NCBI GenBank assembly: GCA_050506795.1
Contig: JBJHCF010000029.1
Span: 1-44,358, forward strand
Length of the DNA stretch: 44,358 nt
Source: Opitutia bacterium
GTDB lineage: Bacteria > Verrucomicrobiota > Verrucomicrobiia > Opitutales > T3Sed10-336
Reading direction: 5' to 3'
Part shown: piece after piece, positions 1 to 10,450 of the stretch
Position numbering within the stretch: the stretch's first letter is position 1
How the letters are laid out: each line of letters opens with the position of its first letter
Position numbers and translations under genes: made by a program
Notes under the pieces: model-generated
Told to the model about the DNA's origin: nothing
Database searches by the model: none
The model's input: the letters and a program-made list of their open reading frames with translations, nothing else

Positions 1-250
1 ACTCCTCGAGCTCCACACCGCGCGTCTCGCTCTCGGGAGGCACCCGTACCAGGACGTGGAAGTGATTGCTCATGATGCAGTAAGTGAGCACCTGCACGCC
101 GCAAAACTCCGCCTGACGGTGGAGTTGTTTACGCAACACCTCCTTCTCCCGCCTCCCCAGCAAACGCTCCCCGGCCACCACCCGGGTCATGCAGTGGTAC
201 ACCCCGCTCACCTCCCCCAAAACCTTCAGTCGCCTCCGATTCAATCTCAT
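1..250 (-). CDS. RAYT/Y1 HUH transposase, 5' part (runs off the window)
   Basis: Manual translation from ATG at 250: MRLNRRRLKVLGEVSGVYHCMTRVVAGERLLG...FCGVQVLTYCIMSNHFHVLVRVP. Has YHCMxR and the HUH motif NHFH; 40/66 aa identical to 16090..17049. Absent from the ORF track because it has no stop in the window. Confidence 0.9.
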   Translation of the reverse strand, partial: MRLNRRRLKVLGEVSGVYHCMTRVVAGERLLGRREKEVLRKQLHRQAEFCGVQVLTYCIMSNHFHVLVRVPPESETRGVELEE

Positions 251-408
251 GCCAACACCCAATTCCACCAAACCGAAGCCGTCAACCTATATTTTGCCTG
301 GCAATTTGTTCTGTTCTCTTTGGCTTGGAATCTGAATAATTCCCTTCAATGCTGGGGCGTGAAAATTCCAGACCGAGCCTGAAATTACTGGTTGTACACA
401 TCTTGAAC

Positions 409-2691
409 ATGTCTGACCCACAAAACACACCAACTCACTGCCATTCCGTGACGATTGGGCAGAGTGATTTCCTTCTCGACGGCAGCCCGTTAAAAATTCG
501 CTGCGGCGAACTTCACTTTGCCCGGGTACCGCGTGAGTACTGGAGACACCGCCTCCGGCTCATGCGCGCCATGGGACTCAATTCTGTCTGCGCCTACCTT
601 TTCTGGAACCTGCACGAATGGAACGAGGGTCGCTTTGACTGGTCCGGTCAGGCCGACGCCGCTGAATTCTGCCGTATCGCACACGAGGAAAACTTGTGGG
701 TGGTACTACGTCCCGGCCCCTATGCCTGCGCCGAATGGGACGGCGGAGGACACCCATGGTGGTTGCTGAAAAAACCTGATATCAACCTCCGCTCCCTTGA
801 TCCCGAATATCTCGCGGCGGCTGAAAGTTGGCTAAACGAGGTGGGGCGGGTCTTGGGCCCCCTCCAAGCAACCCGCGGCGGGCCCATCATCCTGGTACAA
901 GCTGAAAACGAATACGGCTTTTACGGCGAGGACCCCAACTACATGGGAATTATCCGCCAGGCCCTTCTCGAAGCCGGCTTCGATGTCCCCCTGTTCGCCT
1001 GCAATCCTGCCGGGTCCCTTCAAAAGGGATACCGCGACGATCTTTTCACAGTGGTCAATTTCGGCACCGATCCCAAATCGGCCTTCGCCCAGTTGCGCGA
1101 ACTGCAGCCCGACGGACCACTGATGTGCGGAGAGTTCTATTCCGGCTGGTTCGACACTTGGGGCGCTCCCCATCACCGAGGCGACACCGACCGTTACCTG
1201 ATCGACTTGGAATACATGCTGAAAGAAGGCGCTTCATTCAGCATCTACATGGCCCATGGCGGCACCTCCTTCGGCATGTGGGCGGGCGCCGACCGCCCAT
1301 TCAAACCGGACACCAGCAGCTACGACTACGACGCTCCCATCTCCGAGGCAGGGTGGGTCGGAGAAAAATTCCACCGCACTCGCGAGCTTCTCGCGCGCTA
1401 CCCGCTGTCCGATAAGGCTCTGCCCGAACCCGATCCGGCACCCCCGGCAATGGCGATACCCATCTTCCATCTCGAGGAAAGCGCTCCGCTCTTCAACAAT
1501 CTCCCCCAATCCGTAACTGACACGGTTCCAAGGCACATGGAGGCTTACGCCCAGGGCCGCGGCTGTATTCTCTACCGCACGACCGTTCCCGCCGGTCCCC
1601 CGGCTATGCTTTCGGTGGGGCGGATCCACGACTTCGCCTGGGTCTATTTGAACGGCCATCTTGCCGGAGTGATGGATCGCCGGTCCAGTCGTTTCGAACT
1701 TGAACTCCACGCCCGCACAACACCGGCACGGCTCGACATACTGGTCGAAGCCATGGGCCACGTTAATTTCGGCAGAGAGATGCATGATCGCAAGGGCATC
1801 ATTGGCGCCGTTTCCATTACCGGCAGTGACGGTGAGCACATTAACCCAAAATCCCCCTGGGAGATCTTCAACCTGCCACTCGACTCGCCCCAAATCGAAG
1901 CCCTGGAATGGCGCCCCGGCGGCACCCCCGAAGGTCCGGCTTTTTGGCGCGGGCACTTCGAGATTGAACACCCCACCGACACCTTCCTCGACCTTCATAC
2001 CTGGGGCAAAGGGGTCGTCTGGGTCAACGACCGCTGCCTGGCACGGTTCTGGAACATCGGTCCCAGTCAGACGGCCTACCTCCCGGGCGCATGGCTGAAA
2101 TCCGGCCGTAATCACGTCATTGTCTTCGATCTTCTGGGCCCGCAGAAGGCTTCACTGGCCGGACTGGAAAAACCGGTTTACGCCCATCTTCGACCCGAAC
2201 TCGACTTCGTTCCTCGCGGACCCGCCGGACTCCTGCTCATCGAGGAACACCAACCGATTGTCGAGGGAGAATTCAGCCCGGGATCCGAAGTGCAGGAAGT
2301 GCTCTTTCCTCAACACATAACCGGTCGGCAGATCTGCGTGGAGACCTTGAGCGCCCATGACGGCGGCCCGTGTGCGTCACTGGCGGAAATCGACGTACTG
2401 GATGCCCAGGGCGAGTCCATTCCCCACACCGGTTGGCTCGTGATCTACGCTGACAGTGAGGAGCTGAGCGAAGAGGATGGCTCCGCCACCAACGCAATCA
2501 ACGGCCAGGCGGCCAGTTCCTGGCAGACCGCACGAACCGGGGAAGTGCCGAATCATCCGCACCACCTGGTGATCGACCTTGGTGAATCAACCGAAATAGC
2601 CGGAATACGCTACACCCCTCAACAGGGGAACGCTCCCGGTCGCATCAAAGATTACCGCCTGTACGTCGCCGACCGGCTCGTCGAATCTTGA
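409..2691 (+). CDS. GH35 beta-galactosidase with C-terminal F5/8 type C (CBM32-like) domain
   Basis: Motifs GELHFARVPREYW, LRPGPYACAEW, QAENEYG, GEFYSGWFD, YMAHGGTSFG, SYDYDAP. The C-terminal NAINGQAASSW...LVIDLG...GIRY is discoidin-like. ATG 409 preferred over 349. Confidence 0.9.
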   Translation: MSDPQNTPTHCHSVTIGQSDFLLDGSPLKIRCGELHFARVPREYWRHRLRLMRAMGLNSVCAYLFWNLHEWNEGRFDWSGQADAAEFCRIAHEENLWVVLRPGPYACAEWDGGGHPWWLLKKPDINLRSLDPEYLAAAESWLNEVGRVLGPLQATRGGPIILVQAENEYGFYGEDPNYMGIIRQALLEAGFDVPLFACNPAGSLQKGYRDDLFTVVNFGTDPKSAFAQLRELQPDGPLMCGEFYSGWFDTWGAPHHRGDTDRYLIDLEYMLKEGASFSIYMAHGGTSFGMWAGADRPFKPDTSSYDYDAPISEAGWVGEKFHRTRELLARYPLSDKALPEPDPAPPAMAIPIFHLEESAPLFNNLPQSVTDTVPRHMEAYAQGRGCILYRTTVPAGPPAMLSVGRIHDFAWVYLNGHLAGVMDRRSSRFELELHARTTPARLDILVEAMGHVNFGREMHDRKGIIGAVSITGSDGEHINPKSPWEIFNLPLDSPQIEALEWRPGGTPEGPAFWRGHFEIEHPTDTFLDLHTWGKGVVWVNDRCLARFWNIGPSQTAYLPGAWLKSGRNHVIVFDLLGPQKASLAGLEKPVYAHLRPELDFVPRGPAGLLLIEEHQPIVEGEFSPGSEVQEVLFPQHITGRQICVETLSAHDGGPCASLAEIDVLDAQGESIPHTGWLVIYADSEELSEEDGSATNAINGQAASSWQTARTGEVPNHPHHLVIDLGESTEIAGIRYTPQQGNAPGRIKDYRLYVADRLVES

Positions 2692-2738
2692 GCACTTCCG
2701 CTTGACGTCTTGTCTTCAGCCGGAATCTACTGAAAAAG

Positions 2739-3719
2739 ATGAAAAAACCTATTCGCATCGCAGTCACCGGGGCCGCCGGACAGATCAGTTATTCTCTCCT
2801 GTTCCGTATCGGTTCCGGAGCCGTATTCGGTCCCGACCAACCGGTCGAGCTGAGTCTGATTGAAATTCCGCCCGCCATGGACGCTCTCAAGGGAGTGGTT
2901 ATGGAATTGGACGACTGCGCCTTCCCCCTCCTCAAGAAGATCACGCCCACCACAGACCTCGACGAAGGTTTCAACGGAGTAAACTGGGCTCTCCTCGTGG
3001 GAAGCGTGCCGCGCAAACAGGGCATGGAACGCAAGGACCTGCTGAATATCAATGGCAAGATCTTTACCGGGCAGGGCGCCGCCATCGCCAAAAACGCGGC
3101 TTCCGACGTGCGAATCCTGGTAGTCGGAAACCCCTGCAATACCAACTGCCTTATCGCGATGAACAACGCCCGCGACGTTCCCGCCGAGCGCTGGTTCGCC
3201 ATGACGAAACTTGACGAAAACCGGGCCAAAACCCAACTCGCCCAAAAGGCGGGAGTGGATGTCACCGAAGTGTCCCGTCTGGCCATTTGGGGCAACCACT
3301 CCTCCACCATGTATCCCGATTATCCCAACGCGCTTATCGGAGGCAAACCGGCACCGGAGGCGATCACGGACGAGGCCTGGTTCAAGGACACGTTCATTCC
3401 CACCGTACAGCAGCGCGGCGCCGCCATTATCAAGGCCCGCGGCGCCTCCTCGGCCGCCTCGGCCGCCAACGCCGCCATCGACACGGTGCAGGCGCTCAAC
3501 ACACCCACCCCGAAAGGCGACTATTTCAGTGTGGCCGTCTGCTCGGACGGCAGTTACGGAGTGGAAAAAGGCCTTATTTCCTCCTTTCCGATTCGCTCCG
3601 ACGGCGAAAAGTGGGAAATTGTTCAGGACGTTTCACTAGACTCCTTTAGCCGAGAAAAAGTGGATGCATCCGTCGCCGAATTGCTGGAGGAAAAGGCTGC
3701 CGTCGCCGACCTGATTTGA
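2739..3719 (+). CDS. mdh: Malate dehydrogenase (type 2)
   Basis: [59 protein letters not shown]. Confidence 0.97.
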   Translation: MKKPIRIAVTGAAGQISYSLLFRIGSGAVFGPDQPVELSLIEIPPAMDALKGVVMELDDCAFPLLKKITPTTDLDEGFNGVNWALLVGSVPRKQGMERKDLLNINGKIFTGQGAAIAKNAASDVRILVVGNPCNTNCLIAMNNARDVPAERWFAMTKLDENRAKTQLAQKAGVDVTEVSRLAIWGNHSSTMYPDYPNALIGGKPAPEAITDEAWFKDTFIPTVQQRGAAIIKARGASSAASAANAAIDTVQALNTPTPKGDYFSVAVCSDGSYGVEKGLISSFPIRSDGEKWEIVQDVSLDSFSREKVDASVAELLEEKAAVADLI

Positions 3720-3739
3720 TCGAACGAGAAACCTCGCTA

Positions 3740-3782
3740 CCGAATAAAAAGGGCGGTCATCTCGACCGCCCTTTTTATTCGG
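3740..3782. terminator. Bidirectional intrinsic terminator between convergent mdh and glgP
   Basis: Perfect 19-bp inverted repeat CCGAATAAAAAGGGCGGTC-ATCTC-GACCGCCCTTTTTATTCGG, giving a U tract on both strands. Confidence 0.9.
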
Positions 3783-3824
3783 CAGCTTTTCTGCCCTCCT
3801 GGCCAGACCATTGGCCTCAACAAC

Positions 3825-6338
3825 CTACTCCACCACCTTGACCGGTTTAAGATTCCAGATGTCCTGAGCGTAGTCGGAAATCGTCCGATCACTGGAAAAG
3901 AAACCAACCCGTGCCGTATTGAGAATAGCCATACGAGCCCAGCGCTTCCGATCGCGATAAGCGCGATCCACCTCGGACTGGACCCGGCAGTAATCTTCGT
4001 AGTCCGCCAGTACCAGAAAAGGATCCCCTCCATCCAGCAGACGGTGCACCAGCGGGTGAAGCAACCTCTTATCCTCCGGGGTAAAGTAACCGGAATCGAG
4101 CCAGTCGATGAGCGCACGTAATTCTTCGTTGCCCTGATAATAATCACGAGGATTGTAGCCCCGCGACCGCAATTCCTCCACCTCGTCGACGGTCTTCCCG
4201 AAGATAAAAATATTATCTTCGCCGACCTCGTCACGGATCTCGACGTTGGCCCCATCCAACGTACCGACGGTGATGGCTCCATTAAGAGCCAACTTCATAT
4301 TGCCCGTGCCGGAAGCTTCCTTCCCGGCGGTGGAAATTTGCTCCGACACATCGGACGCCGGAATGATTTTCGACGCCATAGACACGCTGTAGTTGGGGAG
4401 AAACACCACCTTGAGTTTGCCGCCGATTCGCGAGTCGTTGTTGATACGTTCGCCCACCGCGTTGATCGCCTTGATGATCAGCTTGGCCAATTCGTAGCCA
4501 GGAGCCGCCTTGGCTCCGAAGATGAATACACGCGGCTGCATGTCGAAATCAGGATTCTGCAAGAGCCGGCGGTACCAAGCCATAATATGCAGCAGGTTGA
4601 GGTGCTGCCGCTTGTACTCGTGCAAACGTTTGATCTGGACATCAAACAGCGCCGTGGGATCGACCTCGACTCCGCATTCGGCCTGAATCAACTGAGCCAG
4701 ATCGCGTTTGTTACTTTCCTTAACCGCCAGGAAATCTTCTTGAAACTTCGGATCGTCGGCAAATTTCTCCAACGTCCTCAACTGCGACAAGTCCTTGGCC
4801 CAACCGTCACCGATCTTCTCGGTAATGAGGGCTGAAAGCCGGGGATTGGCGACTTTTAGCCATCGTCGGGGCGTAATACCATTCGTCTTGTTACGAATGC
4901 GTCCAGGGAACAGTGCATCGAAACTGGAAAACAGGTGCTTTTTGAGCAATTCGGTGTGCAAGGCGGCGACTCCGTTGACAGCGTGGCTGGCCACCACCGC
5001 CAGGTAGGCCATGCGTACCATCTTGGGTTCGCCCTCTTCGATCAGGGATAACTCCGACTTCCTGTTCCCGTCTCCCGGCCACTTGGCATCCACTTCACGC
5101 AGGTGTCGGGTGTTGATTTCGTATATGATGTTCAGGTGACGTGGCAACACCCGCTCGAAGAGCGGCACACTCCACCTCTCAAGCGCCTCGGGCAGCAGAG
5201 TGTGGTTGGTATACGAAAAAGTCCGTGTCACCAGACTCCAGGCACGGTCCCATCCCAATCCTTCGTCATCCATCAGGATCCGCATCAACTCGGGCACCGC
5301 AACAGCCGGATGGGTGTCGTTCAGTTGAATCGCCACCTTCTCAGGAAAGTCGTCCCAATTGTTGTTGTTCTTATGGAAACGGCGAATAATATCCTGCAAA
5401 GAGCACGATACGAAGAAGTACTGTTGCACCAACCGCAGTTCCTTCCCGGACTCGGTTTGGTCGTTGGGATAAAGCACCTTGGAAATAGTCTCGCCAATCG
5501 CCTTTTCCCGAACCGCCTCAACATAACCTCCCTGATTGAATATCTGCAGATCAAAATCCTCAGAAGCCTTGGAGGACCAGAGGCGAAGGAAATTAACCGT
5601 GTTGGTGTCGTAACCCGCAATCGGAACATCGTAAGGAACCCCGTAAACACAGCGATCAGTCACCCACACCTGGGAATGATTGCCCTTGTCGTCGAAACGG
5701 TCTTCGACATGCCCGTAAAGGTATACCTTTTGAGTGTAGTCCGCGCGCTCGATAACCCATGGATTCCCAAAACGGATCCAGTTGTCAGGGTGCTCAACCT
5801 GATGCCCATTGACGAATTCCTGCCGAAACAGACCGAATTCATAAAAAATTCCGTAACCGACCGCCGGCAGATCCAGAGTGGCCAACGAATCGAGGAAACA
5901 GGCCGCCAATCTCCCCAGGCCGCCGTTGCCCAGACCCATGTCCGCCTCCTCCTCCTTGATCGTCCGGCAATCGAGGCCCAACTTCTCGAGCGCCTCGCAG
6001 GTTTCGTCCAGAATACCCGCGTTGATCATGTTGTTGGTCAGCAGACGTCCCATGAGGTACTCAAGCGAAAGGTAATAAACCCGACGGACATTCTGCCGAG
6101 TGTAACACTTCTGCGTCCGGATCATCCCTTCCAGAATGCGGTCCCGCACTGCAAGGGACACCGAGACCCACCAGTCGTGGGTGGTGGCCGTCTCCGGCGA
6201 CTGCGCCAGTGTGTGCTGCAGGTGATAGACAATCGACGCCTTCAACGCCTCGACCGTGTTCGCGTTCTCAAAATGCCCGATCTCTTCGATACCGTTGGTC
6301 TTTTTTTTCTTGGTTGTTGCTTTTTGTTTCAGCGCCAT
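3825..6338 (-). CDS. glgP: Glycogen/starch phosphorylase
   Basis: [55 protein letters not shown] and the PLP motif EASGTGNMK. Start placed at MALKQK (6338); the track's N-terminal extension is not phosphorylase-like. Confidence 0.96.
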   Translation of the reverse strand: MALKQKATTKKKKTNGIEEIGHFENANTVEALKASIVYHLQHTLAQSPETATTHDWWVSVSLAVRDRILEGMIRTQKCYTRQNVRRVYYLSLEYLMGRLLTNNMINAGILDETCEALEKLGLDCRTIKEEEADMGLGNGGLGRLAACFLDSLATLDLPAVGYGIFYEFGLFRQEFVNGHQVEHPDNWIRFGNPWVIERADYTQKVYLYGHVEDRFDDKGNHSQVWVTDRCVYGVPYDVPIAGYDTNTVNFLRLWSSKASEDFDLQIFNQGGYVEAVREKAIGETISKVLYPNDQTESGKELRLVQQYFFVSCSLQDIIRRFHKNNNNWDDFPEKVAIQLNDTHPAVAVPELMRILMDDEGLGWDRAWSLVTRTFSYTNHTLLPEALERWSVPLFERVLPRHLNIIYEINTRHLREVDAKWPGDGNRKSELSLIEEGEPKMVRMAYLAVVASHAVNGVAALHTELLKKHLFSSFDALFPGRIRNKTNGITPRRWLKVANPRLSALITEKIGDGWAKDLSQLRTLEKFADDPKFQEDFLAVKESNKRDLAQLIQAECGVEVDPTALFDVQIKRLHEYKRQHLNLLHIMAWYRRLLQNPDFDMQPRVFIFGAKAAPGYELAKLIIKAINAVGERINNDSRIGGKLKVVFLPNYSVSMASKIIPASDVSEQISTAGKEASGTGNMKLALNGAITVGTLDGANVEIRDEVGEDNIFIFGKTVDEVEELRSRGYNPRDYYQGNEELRALIDWLDSGYFTPEDKRLLHPLVHRLLDGGDPFLVLADYEDYCRVQSEVDRAYRDRKRWARMAILNTARVGFFSSDRTISDYAQDIWNLKPVKVVE

Positions 6339-6667
6339 AAACGTGTCTTCCAATTTTTGCGCGAATTCGGGAAACCCTTGACCGTAACTCACGCGTTTAG
6401 TCGAAATCTTGAAGGTGGATTCGCGCAATGCAAAGCCAATTCCATGCCACCGCGGAAGTTGTGCTCGAAATTTCCGTACCCAGAAATTTGTTCTGCAAAA
6501 ACCCTCCGCCTTCAACACCTTCCCAATCACGGACAAAAACCGCATTGCCCCTTCCGCACACAACACCCAAAACTGCATTTTGATCGACCCGGCCGATCGA
6601 TCACCCGCCTTGCCTTGCCGCCGCGTGAACCTGACAACCAAAATCCACTTCCCTACCATCCGCTCAA

Positions 6668-9600
6668 ATGTCCAACCAGGATTTCGTCCACCTTCACCTT
6701 CACACCGACTACAGCCTGCTCGACGGCGCCTGCAGGGTAGACCGCCTGATGGGCCGAGCCGCGGAACTCGGTATGACGGCGTTGGCTATGACCGATCACG
6801 GCAATATGTTCGGAGCGGTCGACTTTTATTCGACCGCGCGGAAACACGGCATCAAACCGATTCTCGGTTGCGAGGTCTACTTAGCGGAAAAATCCCGTCT
6901 CGACCGCGACCCCAAAAGTAAGTATTACCACAAGGGGCTGATAGCTAAGAACTTCCAGGGGTACCAGAACCTGCTCAAAATTGTCTCCGACGCCCATGTC
7001 AACGGCTTCTATTACAAACCGCGCACCGACATGGAGCACCTTGCCGCTCACAGCGAAGGTCTGATTGCATTCACCGGCTGCCTCCAGGGCGTGGTGCCTC
7101 AGCACATCCTTCACGGGCGCATGGACGAGGCCCGCGAGGCGCTGGGTCGCTTCGTCGAGATCTTTGGGCGAGAGAACTATTTCGTGGAGATCATGGACCA
7201 CGGCATCGATGAACAGATCTCCATCATCCGCCCGCTCATGGAACTCGCCCGGGAGTTCAACCTCAAGACCATATGCACCAACGACGTACATTACGTTCGC
7301 GGCGACGATTGCGCCACCCACGACGCGTTGCTCTGCATCCAGACCGGATCCAAGATCGAAGAGGAAAAGCGCATGCGCTACCCCACCAACGAGTTCTACC
7401 TGAAGTCTCGTCGGGAAATGGAGGAGAAATTCAAGGAGGTTCCCGAAGCACTCCTGAATACGGTCGGCGTGGCCGAAATGTGCGAATTCGAACTCCCGCT
7501 GGGCGAAAACCATTACCCGGTGTTCCAGATGCCGCCAAAGGAAGAGCGGCCCATTGAGTTGCGTGCCGCCGCCGACAACGCGGATTTCCTTCGTCGTCTC
7601 TGTCTGGCCGGGTTGCGGGATCGCTACGGCATCGACCCCGATTCCCCGGACCAGGCGGCCGACCCCGACCTGGCACGCACTCTTCTGGAACGTGTTGATT
7701 ACGAACTCGGCGTTATCGAGAAAACCGGTTTCATAGACTACTTTCTCATCGTCTGGGATTTCATCGACTGGGCGCGCAACCAGGGCATCCCCGTCGGTCC
7801 CGGACGCGGCTCCGGCGCCGGCTGCCTGGTGGCCTTCCTGCTCAAGATCACCGACATCGATCCCATTCGCTTCAAACTCCTGTTCGAACGTTTCCTCAAC
7901 CCGGAACGCGTTTCGCCGCCCGACTTCGATATCGACTTCTGCATGCGCCGCCGCAGCGCGGTCATCGATTACGTGCGGGAGAAATACGGTAAGGAGTGTG
8001 TGGCCAACATCATCACTTTCGGTAAATTCGGGGCCAAAATGGTCGTTCGCGACGTGTCCCGCGTCCTGGGAATCCCCTACGCCGACGCCGACCGTATCGC
8101 CAAGATGGTGCCGGACGATCTCAACATTTCCCTGGAAGACGCCCTGGCCAAGAGCGCGGAACTCCGTCGGGAGGTGGACCAGAACCCCCAGGCGCGCCGC
8201 ATCATGGAGCACGGGAAAATCATTGAGGGCATGGTGCGCAACGTCGGCACGCACGCCGCCGGAGTGATCATCGCCGACCGCCCGTTGAGCGATTTTGTCC
8301 CTCTCACCCTGCAGGAAGGCGCGATCACCACCCAATTCCCCAAAGGGCCCGTCGAAGACCTGGGACTGCTCAAGATGGATTTTCTCGGGCTGAAAACCCT
8401 CACCGTCATCGACGACGCCGTTCGCAACATCCGTCGAACCGCGGATCCGAAGTTTGATATCGAAAAGGTCCCGCTGGATGACCCGAAAACCTTCGAACTG
8501 CTGAATCAGGGGAAAACCATCGGTGTCTTTCAAATGGAGTCCGGCGGCATGCAAAGTCTTTGCCGGCAGTTTAATATCGCCAGCATCGACGAAATCATCG
8601 CCCTGATCGCCCTCTATCGCCCCGGCCCCATGGAGTGGATTCCCGACTACATCCGTGGCAAAAACGACCCCTCGACCATCAAGTACCCGCACGCCCTGCT
8701 CGAACAGACCTGCAACGAAACCTACGGCGTCATGGTCTACCAGGAACAAGTCATGGAAGCCGCCCGCATCATCGCCGGCTACTCGCTCGGCGGCGCGGAC
8801 ATTCTACGGCGCGCCATGGGCAAGAAGAAGGTTGAGGAGATGGAGCAGCAGCGCGCCGTCTTCGTCAAGGGAGCCAAGGAAAAGAATAAGATCGACGAGA
8901 AAACCGCCCTCGAAATCTTCGCCATCCTGGAGAAGTTCGCCGGTTACGGGTTCAACAAATCCCACTCCGCAGCCTACGCTTTCCTCTCCTACCGAACCGG
9001 ATACCTCAAGGCCAACTATCCGGTACAATTCATGGCCGCCATACTCTCCAGCGAACTGGGCAACGCGGATAAGGTCCGGCATTTTATCGACGAATGCACC
9101 GCCATGGAGATCAAAGTCCTCGGCCCCGACGTCAACCAGTCCCGCCACGACTTCACCCCGGTTATCGAATCCACCACTCCACTGCTCCAGCACTCCACCG
9201 ATACACAATCCAGCATTCGCTTCGGCATGGCCGCCATTAAAGGGGTCGGCGACAGCGCTTCCCAGAAGATCATCGAAGAACGCGAAGCCAACGGCCCCTT
9301 TGAATCCCTGGACGATTTCCTCCGCCGCGTCGACTCCCGCGCCGTCAACCGACGCGTCCTGGAATGCCTGATACGCTCGGGCGCCTTCGACTTCACCGGC
9401 GTCAACCGCGGCATCCTCCTCGACGGCCTCGACGCCTCCATGAGCGAAGCCGCCGCCATGCAGCGCGACCGCGAAATCGGCCAGGAATCCTTCCTCGACC
9501 TCCTCGCCCCCTCTGCTCCCTCGGCCAACGCCTCCCCCTCTTCCCTCGCCCCACGCCCCTCGCCCCTCGCTCCCCCTTCCACCCACGTCCCCTCCTCCCA

Positions 9601-10300
9601 CCCCGCCGCCTTCTCCCTGGCGGACATGCTCAAACACGAACGCGAACTGCTCGGTTTCTACGTTTCGGGCCACCCCATGGATGATTTCGGCGACCTCGCC
9701 CTGGCCGCCCAAAGTCACCGCGAAGACACCCTGCTGCAATCTCCCGACCGCACCCCCTTTCGCCTTTGCGGCATCGCCTCGGGGATCGTCCGCAAACTCT
9801 CGCGCAAAGATAATCGACCCTGGGCCTTCTTCAACCTCGTCACCCGCAACAACACCTTCCAGGTCAATCTCTACGCCAACTCGTATGAGGAGCACGGTCC
9901 CCGACTCGAGGAGGAGAAACCGGTAATCGTCACTGGAACCGTCATGAAACGCGACGACGACCCGCGCCTGGTCGGCAGCGAAATCATGTCGCTCCACCAG
10001 GCCTCGCTGGCCTCGCTCATCAAAAAGGTCACCTGGATCCTCGATCCCGCCCGCGAATGCGATGCCTTCCTCCGCCAGCTCCGCGACGCCATCGACAAAT
10101 CCCAGGGAGACACCGTCCTCCGGATTGGCTTCCAGGTCGACACCGACCACATCGTCCTGGCGGAAACCGCCGTCTCACTGAACTGGCGTATCGACCCCAA
10201 GGTGTACGCGACCCTCCGCCGCCACCCCGCCGTCACCGGCGCGCTGATCGAAACCACCCCCGTCGAACTCCCCGAACCCGCCTGGAAGCGGCGCAAGTGA
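6668..10300 (+). CDS. dnaE: DNA polymerase III alpha subunit
   Basis: PHP domain [16 protein letters not shown] and [49 protein letters not shown]-terminal OB fold. Confidence 0.98.
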   Translation: MSNQDFVHLHLHTDYSLLDGACRVDRLMGRAAELGMTALAMTDHGNMFGAVDFYSTARKHGIKPILGCEVYLAEKSRLDRDPKSKYYHKGLIAKNFQGYQNLLKIVSDAHVNGFYYKPRTDMEHLAAHSEGLIAFTGCLQGVVPQHILHGRMDEAREALGRFVEIFGRENYFVEIMDHGIDEQISIIRPLMELAREFNLKTICTNDVHYVRGDDCATHDALLCIQTGSKIEEEKRMRYPTNEFYLKSRREMEEKFKEVPEALLNTVGVAEMCEFELPLGENHYPVFQMPPKEERPIELRAAADNADFLRRLCLAGLRDRYGIDPDSPDQAADPDLARTLLERVDYELGVIEKTGFIDYFLIVWDFIDWARNQGIPVGPGRGSGAGCLVAFLLKITDIDPIRFKLLFERFLNPERVSPPDFDIDFCMRRRSAVIDYVREKYGKECVANIITFGKFGAKMVVRDVSRVLGIPYADADRIAKMVPDDLNISLEDALAKSAELRREVDQNPQARRIMEHGKIIEGMVRNVGTHAAGVIIADRPLSDFVPLTLQEGAITTQFPKGPVEDLGLLKMDFLGLKTLTVIDDAVRNIRRTADPKFDIEKVPLDDPKTFELLNQGKTIGVFQMESGGMQSLCRQFNIASIDEIIALIALYRPGPMEWIPDYIRGKNDPSTIKYPHALLEQTCNETYGVMVYQEQVMEAARIIAGYSLGGADILRRAMGKKKVEEMEQQRAVFVKGAKEKNKIDEKTALEIFAILEKFAGYGFNKSHSAAYAFLSYRTGYLKANYPVQFMAAILSSELGNADKVRHFIDECTAMEIKVLGPDVNQSRHDFTPVIESTTPLLQHSTDTQSSIRFGMAAIKGVGDSASQKIIEEREANGPFESLDDFLRRVDSRAVNRRVLECLIRSGAFDFTGVNRGILLDGLDASMSEAAAMQRDREIGQESFLDLLAPSAPSANASPSSLAPRPSPLAPPSTHVPSSHPAAFSLADMLKHERELLGFYVSGHPMDDFGDLALAAQSHREDTLLQSPDRTPFRLCGIASGIVRKLSRKDNRPWAFFNLVTRNNTFQVNLYANSYEEHGPRLEEEKPVIVTGTVMKRDDDPRLVGSEIMSLHQASLASLIKKVTWILDPARECDAFLRQLRDAIDKSQGDTVLRIGFQVDTDHIVLAETAVSLNWRIDPKVYATLRRHPAVTGALIETTPVELPEPAWKRRK
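9168..9214 (+). repeat. Degenerate octamer tandem repeat inside dnaE
   Basis: AATCCACC ACTCCACT GCTCCAGC ACTCCACC, then AATCCAGC after a 7-nt gap. Confidence 0.6.
9543..9570 (+). repeat. Heptamer tandem repeat (CCCTCGC)x4 inside dnaE
   Basis: CCCTCGC CCCACGC CCCTCGC CCCTCGC within a Pro/Ser-rich linker. Confidence 0.7.
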
Positions 10301-10450
10301 ATGTCTCCCGCCCTGATAATTCCCAAACAACCCGATCGCTACCGGGTCCCGCGGAGCTGGCCGCTTTCCAATTTGTCGTTGACAGGTCCGCTCCGCGGAA
10401 AGGTAAAATCCTGCAACCGCTTCACATTCACTTGCCTGGATAAATCCACA

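Noticed and set aside
56..382. 108-aa plus-strand ORF resembling ORF 16012..16278
   Set aside because: Both are antisense shadows of the RAYT genes; their similarity only reflects RAYT homology.
6668..10300. Intein in DnaE
   Set aside because: Length is normal and [10 protein letters not shown] is uninterrupted; the insertions are short and low-complexity.
10434..10450. DnaA-box-like pair CCTGGATAAATCCACA
   Set aside because: Two mismatches each, isolated, and far from the skew switch.
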